The notes under the pieces are model-generated. The model did no database searches and was not told where the DNA came from. It saw nothing but the letters and a program-made list of their open reading frames with translations. This document shows positions 26,585-32,807 of a stretch of DNA of 32,807 bases, one piece after another (positions within the stretch are counted from its first letter, which is position 1; the number at the start of each line of letters is the position of its first letter). Location of the stretch: assembly GCA_045586685.1 (NCBI GenBank), contig JAZNAU010000053.1:1-32807 (forward strand). Reading direction: 5' to 3'. A program made the position numbers and the translations under genes. The DNA comes from Clostridia bacterium (GTDB lineage Bacteria > Bacillota > Clostridia > HGM11514).

Positions 26585-28673
26585 TGTTTTCCTCTTCCTC
26601 TATTACAAAATCAATTTGCCGAAGGGCAGGTTTTGCATCAACGAGCCGTACCTGAACCGAATCACCAATACGGTAGGTTTTTCCTGTACGACAGCCCAAC
26701 AGCATCATTTGTTCTTCTACATATTGAAATTCGTCTTCCTCCAGAGAAACAAGACGAACCAAGCCTTCTACTGTGTTGTCCAATTCTACAAACATTCCAA
26801 AGGAAGTAATGCCGGAAATGGTTCCTTCAAAGGAATCACCGATAAATTGTTCCATAAATTCGGCTTTTTTCATATCATCAATATCCCGCTCAATTTCTTC
26901 TGCATTCCGTTCGGTAGAACTGCAAATACCAGAGGCTTCGTCAATCAATTTCTTCCAGTATTCTTTTCTCTTTTCACTCATACCGCCCCTTAACAATTCC
27001 TTTAATACCCGATGAACAATCAAATCGGGGTAACGGCGGATGGGGGAGGTGAAATGACAGTAAAATTTAGCGGCAAGACCAAAATGACCTAAATTTTCTC
27101 CTTTGTATTCTGCTTTCATTAAGGAACGGAGCATCATAGTAGATAAAATGCGTTCCTCCCGTTTTCCCTTGCACTCATTTAAAATTTCCTGCAGTGCTCT
27201 TGGATGAGGCTCGGCAGAACCCTTTAAGGAGTAACCGAAATGCTTTGCAAGTTTGGAAAACAACTCCATTTTATCTGTGTTCGGTGCTTCGTGTACCCGA
27301 TACATCAAAGGAACACCAAGCCAGAAAACATGTTCTGCCACCGTTTCGTTTGCCAGTAACATAAATTCTTCAATCATATGGTTAGAGACGGTAATTTCAT
27401 ATTTCTCTATGGAAATGGGTTTTCCCTTTTTATCCAGTAAAATTTTTGCTTCAGGAAAGTCAAAATCCAAACTTCCCCGATTCACTCTTTTTTGATGAAG
27501 AATTTCTGCCAGCTCTTTCATTAACTCGAAATGCTCCCGTAAATGATCATATTCATGGAAGGTAGGGTCTAGGAGTGTTTTTGTTACGTTTTGGTAAGTC
27601 ATTCGGTAATTGGAATGAATCACACCTGGAACAATATTGTACTCCTTGACCTTCCCCTTGCTGTCAATGGTCATTTCAATGGATAAGGTCAGACGATCAA
27701 CATCGGGGCGTAAACTGCATATGCCATTGGAGAGACTTTCTGGAAGCATGGGAATCACCCTGTCTACCAGATATACACTGGTTCCGCGGTTGTATGCTTC
27801 CTTATCCAAAGGACTGCCCGGAGTTACATAATGGCTCACATCCGCTATATGCACGCCTAACACATAGGTGCCGTTTTCTGATTTTTCCAAAGAAATGGCA
27901 TCATCAAAGTCCTTTGCATCATCTCCGTCAATGGTAATCACCAGTTTGTCCCGAAAATCTTTTCTGGCTTTCAAATCCTCATCTGAAACACAGTTGGGAA
28001 CCGAGGAGGATAACACTTCTTCCGGAAAGACATCTCGGATTCCGAATCGACGTAATGCTGAACGTATGAGAGTATCGTGTTCTGCAGGATACCCTAAAAC
28101 TTCTACAATTTTTCCTTCCGGATTTCTTCTTGAATCAGGAAATTCTGTAATTTCCACAACAACCTTCTGACCGTCCTTTGCATCCTGCCATTCGGATTTT
28201 GGGAGATAGATATCCTTAGAGATCCGTTTGTCATCCGGAATGAGAAAACCGTGATTTCTGGATTGCTCAAAGGTGCCGATAACAGTATGATTAGCACGTT
28301 CTAAGATTTTTACAATTTCGCCTTCTTGTTTTTTTCCGCCCTTGGTTATTTTTGCAAGAACCAAATCCCCGTGGAGGGCTCCTATCTGAGCATCAGCGGG
28401 GATGAATAAATCGGAGGGATCGTTTAAGACAAAACCAAAGCCTCGCTCGTGTCCTTGAAAACGGCCTGTAATCAACCCTAAGCTTTCGGCAGGAGCAAAA
28501 CGTTTCTTTTTTGTTTGAACAATTTTTCCTTCCTGGGTCAATTCGTTTAAAATGCCTTCCAGAAGGGGGATATCGGAAACAGGAACATCTAATACTGCAG
28601 CCAGTTCCTCTAATCTCAGAGGGAGATATTCCTTCTGTTTCATAAATTCATAAATTCTTTCTTTTCTTGTCAT
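26460..28673 (-). CDS. rnr: Ribonuclease R
   Basis: GFGFV cold-shock domain, [26 protein letters not shown]1 domain; the ORF overlaps smpB by 125 nt. Confidence 0.97.
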   Translation of the reverse strand: MTRKERIYEFMKQKEYLPLRLEELAAVLDVPVSDIPLLEGILNELTQEGKIVQTKKKRFAPAESLGLITGRFQGHERGFGFVLNDPSDLFIPADAQIGALHGDLVLAKITKGGKKQEGEIVKILERANHTVIGTFEQSRNHGFLIPDDKRISKDIYLPKSEWQDAKDGQKVVVEITEFPDSRRNPEGKIVEVLGYPAEHDTLIRSALRRFGIRDVFPEEVLSSSVPNCVSDEDLKARKDFRDKLVITIDGDDAKDFDDAISLEKSENGTYVLGVHIADVSHYVTPGSPLDKEAYNRGTSVYLVDRVIPMLPESLSNGICSLRPDVDRLTLSIEMTIDSKGKVKEYNIVPGVIHSNYRMTYQNVTKTLLDPTFHEYDHLREHFELMKELAEILHQKRVNRGSLDFDFPEAKILLDKKGKPISIEKYEITVSNHMIEEFMLLANETVAEHVFWLGVPLMYRVHEAPNTDKMELFSKLAKHFGYSLKGSAEPHPRALQEILNECKGKREERILSTMMLRSLMKAEYKGENLGHFGLAAKFYCHFTSPIRRYPDLIVHRVLKELLRGGMSEKRKEYWKKLIDEASGICSSTERNAEEIERDIDDMKKAEFMEQFIGDSFEGTISGITSFGMFVELDNTVEGLVRLVSLEEDEFQYVEEQMMLLGCRTGKTYRIGDSVQVRLVDAKPALRQIDFVIEEEENNEWKNNTAEQESKTRLFHHGNHGSRNRAVRNRGKIPSRRSR

Positions 28674-28716
28674 AAAATTTCCTCTTTATGATTATGATTG
28701 ATTCAGTGGACATAAT

Positions 28717-28749
28717 AAAAAAATACCACGCACTTAGTATGCGTGGCAT
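28717..28749 (-). terminator. Intrinsic terminator between secG and rnr
   Basis: Minus strand ATGCCACGCA / TGCGTGGTAT followed by TTTTTT. Confidence 0.75.
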
Positions 28750-28764
28750 CCTCATAAATCATAC

Positions 28765-28995
28765 TTACAGAACAAAATGAAGCACAATCGCCAGAATGAC
28801 AAACAGCACAGCACAAACGCTGGTCAACTTTCCTAACATCGCATCCATTGTTCTTGCCTTTGTTTTACCGAAAAAGGTTTCAGCACCGCCGGCAATGCTT
28901 CCGGACAAACCTGCTTGTTTGCTGGACTGCATCAAAACCACAAAAATCAGTGCAACGCATATTACCAAATATACAATATTTAACGCGATACTCAT
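28765..28995 (-). CDS. secG: Preprotein translocase subunit SecG
   Basis: Two TM helices, VLMQSSKQAGLSGSIAGGAETFFGK; conserved position before rnr. Confidence 0.95.
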   Translation of the reverse strand: MSIALNIVYLVICVALIFVVLMQSSKQAGLSGSIAGGAETFFGKTKARTMDAMLGKLTSVCAVLFVILAIVLHFVL

Positions 28996-29048
28996 TTACC
29001 GCACCCTCCTATCAAAAAAATATCTGCATTTTTTACCATGCTTTAATC

Positions 29049-29077
29049 ATTATAGCACACCAAACAGAAAATTGCAA
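29049..29077 (-). promoter_or_regulatory. sigma-A promoter of secG
   Basis: TTGCAA-N17-TATAAT with TG extension. Confidence 0.8.
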
Positions 29078-29168
29078 GCGTTTTTTCCAATTTTCTGAAA
29101 ATTCTTTTCTGTAGCATAAATTTTCCAGAAAAAGAAATACTATGAGAGACGGAAATTTGAAAAAAAGA

Positions 29169-29197
29169 TTGACATTTTTTTGTAAATTTGCTATAAT
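29169..29197 (+). promoter_or_regulatory. sigma-A promoter upstream of the rnj leader
   Basis: TTGACA-N17-TATAAT with TG extension. Confidence 0.85.
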
Positions 29198-29295
29198 AAT
29201 AAAAGATGATGCGCCGATTGGTGGGTTTTGATGAAAAAATTCATCGTCGGGAACGGAAACAAAAACAGAATAATCGGGTGGCACATAGATTGTCA

Positions 29296-29331
29296 GCTCC
29301 CTTTCCTTTTCAAGAGGGAGCGTTTCTTATT
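29296..29331 (+). terminator. Terminator-like hairpin inside the rnj leader
   Basis: GCTCCCT / AGGGAGC stem followed by GTTTCTTATT. Confidence 0.55.
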
Positions 29332-29435
29332 GTGCTTTTGTTTCGATGCGTGAATCTGATATTCAAAATTGTAATGATCGAAAAAATTACAGTTTTAATT
29401 GATAAAAAAATTTTGAAGAAAACGGAGGTTTCTTT

Positions 29436-31103
29436 GTGGCAAAAAAATCAAAATTAAAAATGATTCCCTTAGGCGGATTGCATGAAATCGGGAAGAACAT
29501 GACAGTATTTGAATACGGAAATAACATTATTTTAGTCGATTGCGGTTCCGCCTTTCCGGATGAGGAAATGCCCGGAATTGATTTGGTCATTCCGGATATT
29601 ACCTATCTGCGGAAAAACAGGGAGAAAATCCGCGGTATTGTACTGACCCACGGGCATGAGGATCACATTGGTGCCCTTCCTTATGTATTACAGGAAATCA
29701 ATGTTCCTATTTATGGTACAAGACTGACATTGGGAATTGTAGAACATAAGCTGAAGGAATTTCACTTGCAGGACAGTGCACAGCTTCGTGTGGTTTCTCC
29801 AGGGGACAGAGTGCATCTGGAGTGCTTTGAAATCGAGTTTATCCGTTCCAATCACTCTATTGCAGACGCGGTTGCTTTGGCGATTCACACACCTGTAGGG
29901 GTGGTGATTCACACAGGTGACTTTAAAATTGATTCTACCCCCATTCAAGGCGAAATGATTGATTTGACTCGATTTGGCGAGCTTGGCAGGGAAGGGGTTC
30001 TTGCTCTTTGTATGGATAGCACAAATGTAGAACGTGCAGGATTTACCATGAGTGAACGGACTGTAGGAATGTCTTTTCGTGATATCTTTAAAGATTGTCA
30101 GAAACGAATTATCATTGCTACCTTTGCATCCAATATCCACCGTGTTCAGCAGATTATTGATGCAGCAGCCCAGAATAACAGAAAGGTTGCCATTTCCGGC
30201 CGTAGCATGATAAATGTTATTTCGGTTGCCAACGAGCTGGGATATATTACAATTCCTTCCAATGTATTGATTGACTTGGAGGAGATCAATCGGTATCCCG
30301 CCAATAGAGTGGTACTGATTACAACAGGTAGTCAAGGGGAAGAAATGTCAGCTCTGACCCGTATGGCATTTTCCGACCATAAAAAAGTGGAAATTACGTC
30401 CAATGATTTGGTTGTTATTTCCGCAAATCCCATTCCCGGTAATGAAAAGCTTATATCCAGAGTAGTGAACGAGCTGTTCAAAAAGGGAGCAGAGGTTATT
30501 TATGAATCTTCGTTAGCTGAGGTTCATGTTTCGGGGCACGCCTGTCAGGAAGAACTGAAATTGATTATGGCATTAACAAAGCCTAAATTTTTCATTCCTG
30601 TTCATGGTGAGTACCGTCATCTTTGTATCCATAAAGAATTGTCAGGGCTAATGGGGATTCCTTCCCAAAACAGCTTTATTATGGATATCGGAAAGGTGTT
30701 GGAGTTTACGTCAGATTCTGCCAAGATAAATGGTACTGTTCCCGCAGGAAAAGTTTTGGTAGACGGTTTGGGGGTAGGAGATGTAGGAAATATTGTGTTG
30801 CGTGACAGAAAGCACCTTGCTCAGGACGGGTTGATTGTTGCGGTTATCTCCCTTTCCGGTGACAATGGCGAATTGATTCAGGAACCGGATATTATTACCC
30901 GTGGTTTTGTTTATGTAAGAGAATCGGAAGATTTAATGGAACAAATGCGGGATGTGGTTCGCGAAAGTGTTTTGAGTTCCTCTAATAAGCGGGCGAGAGA
31001 TTGGAACTCGTTAAAATCCTCGGTAAAAAATCAGTTGGGGCAGTTTATTTATGATTCAACCAAACGCAGTCCCATGATATTACCAGTAATAGTAGAAATA
31101 TAA
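29436..31103 (+). CDS. rnj: Ribonuclease J
   Basis: PLGGLHEIGKNM, THGHEDHIG, HTGDFKID, TGSQGE, HVSGHA, PVHGEYRH; GTG start after GGAGG. Confidence 0.98.
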   Translation: MAKKSKLKMIPLGGLHEIGKNMTVFEYGNNIILVDCGSAFPDEEMPGIDLVIPDITYLRKNREKIRGIVLTHGHEDHIGALPYVLQEINVPIYGTRLTLGIVEHKLKEFHLQDSAQLRVVSPGDRVHLECFEIEFIRSNHSIADAVALAIHTPVGVVIHTGDFKIDSTPIQGEMIDLTRFGELGREGVLALCMDSTNVERAGFTMSERTVGMSFRDIFKDCQKRIIIATFASNIHRVQQIIDAAAQNNRKVAISGRSMINVISVANELGYITIPSNVLIDLEEINRYPANRVVLITTGSQGEEMSALTRMAFSDHKKVEITSNDLVVISANPIPGNEKLISRVVNELFKKGAEVIYESSLAEVHVSGHACQEELKLIMALTKPKFFIPVHGEYRHLCIHKELSGLMGIPSQNSFIMDIGKVLEFTSDSAKINGTVPAGKVLVDGLGVGDVGNIVLRDRKHLAQDGLIVAVISLSGDNGELIQEPDIITRGFVYVRESEDLMEQMRDVVRESVLSSSNKRARDWNSLKSSVKNQLGQFIYDSTKRSPMILPVIVEI

Positions 31104-31110
31104 TCACTCA

Positions 31111-31142
31111 TTTCCCTCGGATTTTTCCGAGGGAAAATTTTT
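31111..31142 (+). terminator. Intrinsic terminator after rnj
   Basis: TTTCCCTCGGA / TCCGAGGGAAA followed by ATTTTT. Confidence 0.8.
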
Positions 31143-31163
31143 AAAAATTTTTTTAAAAAAGTA

Positions 31164-31191
31164 TTGACAAATAAAAAAACTATGATATAAT
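31164..31191 (+). promoter_or_regulatory. sigma-A promoter of the Fur-family/rubrerythrin operon
   Basis: TTGACA-N16-TATAAT with TG extension. Confidence 0.8.
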
Positions 31192-31203
31192 ATAATTAAA
31201 AAT

Positions 31204-31222
31204 GATAATGATTACCATTATC
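31204..31222. promoter_or_regulatory. Fur-family operator
   Basis: GATAATGATTACCATTATC: 17/19 match to the classical Fur box GATAATGATAATCATTATC, with perfect 7-bp arms. Confidence 0.8.
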
Positions 31223-31240
31223 GAGAAAAGAGGGGTGACA

Positions 31241-31615
31241 GTGAAAGAAAAGTATAGTGCAAGAAGAGAATTGATTTATGAATATTTGGCAGGAACAAAA
31301 AATCATCCCGATGCAGAGGAAATTTATTTTGCACTGAAAAAGGAAAATCCGTCTCTCAGTCTGGCGACTGTGTATCGGAATTTGTCAAGATTTGTGGCGG
31401 ATGGAAAAGCGATTGAAATTGCGGGCGGGAATCATGTGGTTCATTTTGATGCTTGTGTTTCTCCTCATTATCATTTTTCCTGTGAGCAATGCAACCGAAT
31501 CTATGATGTAGAAATGCCTGCAATGGAGCTGGAATCTGATGCACTCAAAGGAGTGGGGAAGGTTCAACGGCATGAATTGGTCTTTTATGGCATTTGTAAC
31601 CAATGCCAACAATAA
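31241..31615 (+). CDS. Fur family transcriptional regulator (PerR-like)
   Basis: HPDAEEIY, SLATVYRNL, HYHFSCEQC, C-terminal CNQC; GTG start at 31241; adjacent to rubrerythrin. Confidence 0.9.
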   Translation: MKEKYSARRELIYEYLAGTKNHPDAEEIYFALKKENPSLSLATVYRNLSRFVADGKAIEIAGGNHVVHFDACVSPHYHFSCEQCNRIYDVEMPAMELESDALKGVGKVQRHELVFYGICNQCQQ

Positions 31616-31646
31616 TAAATAATTTTATTTTACGGAGGAATTTGTT

Positions 31647-32234
31647 ATGAAAAAATTTGTATGTTCAGTATGTGGTTATGTGCATGAGGGGGATTCTGCT
31701 CCCGAAAAGTGTCCTGTATGTAAGGTTCCCGCTGATAAGTTTAGAGAAATGGAAGAGGGAGCAGCCTTGGCAGCAGAGCACGAATACGGTGTATATGGGA
31801 AAACCGTAAAAAACAACCCTGATATCAGTGAAGAAGATAAGAAATATATCTTTGAACAGCTGATGGCAAACTTCAACGGTGAATGTGCAGAAGTGGGAAT
31901 GTATCTGTGCATGGCAAGGATTGCTCATAGAGAAGGATATCCTGAAGTAGCTCTTTACTGGGAACAAGCAGCATTTGAAGAAGCAGAGCATGCTGCAAAA
32001 TTTGCAGAGCTTTTGGGCGAAGATCTGGAACCCAATATGAAAGCAACCACCAAGGATAATTTGAAATGGAGAGTGGACTGCGAATACGGGGCTACTCAGG
32101 GAAAATTTGATTTGGCAAGCTGTGCTAAGAAAAACGGTTTGGACGCCATCCATGATACGGTCCATGAAATGGCAAAGGACGAAGCTCGTCACGGAAAGGC
32201 TTTTGAAGGCATGCTCCAGCGTTTCTTCAAATAA
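31647..32234 (+). CDS. Reverse rubrerythrin (NADH peroxidase-like)
   Basis: N-terminal rubredoxin-like CSVCGY..CPVC followed by a ferritin-like domain with EAEHA and DEARHG. Confidence 0.93.
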   Translation: MKKFVCSVCGYVHEGDSAPEKCPVCKVPADKFREMEEGAALAAEHEYGVYGKTVKNNPDISEEDKKYIFEQLMANFNGECAEVGMYLCMARIAHREGYPEVALYWEQAAFEEAEHAAKFAELLGEDLEPNMKATTKDNLKWRVDCEYGATQGKFDLASCAKKNGLDAIHDTVHEMAKDEARHGKAFEGMLQRFFK

Positions 32235-32292
32235 TCGGTAAAATGGCTTAAAATGGCGGTTTTTATTCAAATATTAATTTATTAAAAATTGA

Positions 32293-32327
32293 AAAAAGAA
32301 CATCTTTCGGGATGTTCTTTTTGTTTT
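32293..32327 (+). terminator. Intrinsic terminator after rubrerythrin
   Basis: AAAAAGAACATC / GATGTTCTTTTT stem with a TTCG loop. Confidence 0.85.
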
Positions 32328-32376
32328 GTGGTTGTGTTAAATACTGTGTTAATTTTTCAATAAAAGGATTATAAAA

Positions 32377-32408
32377 TAAAAATACTGTGTAATCACACAG
32401 TATTTTTA
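32377..32408. repeat. Perfect 14-bp inverted repeat (terminator or element-end site)
   Basis: TAAAAATACTGTGT-AATC-ACACAGTATTTTTA. Confidence 0.75.
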
Positions 32409-32530
32409 GCCATTATCGTTTCTCGCCTCTCTAATTCTTTCCCTTGTTCTTTACTTTGACAAATTGAGTGAAAGATTTATTCAAGGTGTAGTCTATGACT
32501 ACATTATATATTACTATATACTCTATACAT

Positions 32531-32806
32531 TTATTCCAAGTAAGAGTTTAAATTAATATTTATTTCATTGCTTAGAGATAAAGCCTCATTCCAATCTTTA
32601 ATAGTATATTTGTTTTTAATAGTTAATTCTTTTAATATAGGTCTTAAATCGCAAGTTTTTGTAATTAACATTTTTTCAAAAATTTCCGTTGATTTTATGC
32701 CAGAAAAATCGTTATCTAAACAAAGAAAAGTGTTTTTAATTGTTGGAAACTGATTAATTACCTTATAAACATAATTCCTATTATTTGCTCCGTTTAATGA
32801 TATACA
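32531..32806 (-). CDS. C-terminal part of a TOPRIM-domain protein (primase-like), start outside the window
   Basis: Manual translation, open for 91 codons: CISLNGANNRNYVYKVINQFPTIKNTFLCLDNDFSG...KDWNEAL...YLE*. SLNG, LCLDND.SG and KDWNE are TOPRIM hallmarks. Confidence 0.8.
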   Translation of the reverse strand, partial: CISLNGANNRNYVYKVINQFPTIKNTFLCLDNDFSGIKSTEIFEKMLITKTCDLRPILKELTIKNKYTIKDWNEALSLSNEININLNSYLE

Positions 32807-32807
32807 A

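Noticed and set aside
29200-29331. Canonical T-box riboswitch
   Set aside because: No stem I with AG box and specifier loop, the bulge reads TGGCACA with a weak second helix, and the downstream gene is not amino-acid related; kept only as an unknown leader.
29033-29457. Short ORFs in the secG-rnj intergenic region
   Set aside because: They overlap promoters and the structured leader, lack an RBS and have no recognisable features.
32764-32791. dif-like Xer site (minus strand GGAGCAAATAA-TAGGAA-TTATGTTTATA, 8/11 match in each arm to E. coli dif)
   Set aside because: It lies inside the TOPRIM coding frame in very AT-rich DNA and resembles the proteobacterial rather than the Bacillota dif; probably chance.

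Overview
Core chromosomal region of a low-GC Bacillota, most likely Clostridia (inferred from the CIRCE/hrcA operon, SLH protein, reverse rubrerythrin and many consensus sigma-A promoters). Housekeeping content: metK, split transketolase, ruvX-DUF1292, birA, hrcA-grpE-dnaK-dnaJ with a perfect CIRCE, secG-rnr-smpB-ssrA, RNase J, and a Fur/PerR-family regulator with reverse rubrerythrin. Two RNA genes lie outside the ORF track: 6S RNA (~8804-8986) and tmRNA (25722-26084, minus strand). The most unusual signals are: (1) an intact REP-associated tyrosine transposase (RAYT) homolog with a consensus promoter in which the HUH histidines and the catalytic tyrosine are all replaced, suggesting a domesticated nucleic-acid-binding protein; (2) a 203-bp-period duplication anchored on the tmRNA 3' end, carrying inverted copies of the T-arm, next to a tmRNA with a non-canonical T-loop; (3) an RNase R basic C-terminal tail overprinted on smpB; (4) a ~230-nt structured, switch-like leader upstream of RNase J; (5) an AT-rich probable mobile-element edge at the right end, with an uncalled TOPRIM ORF. 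All family assignments come from motif recognition by eye; no database searches were run.
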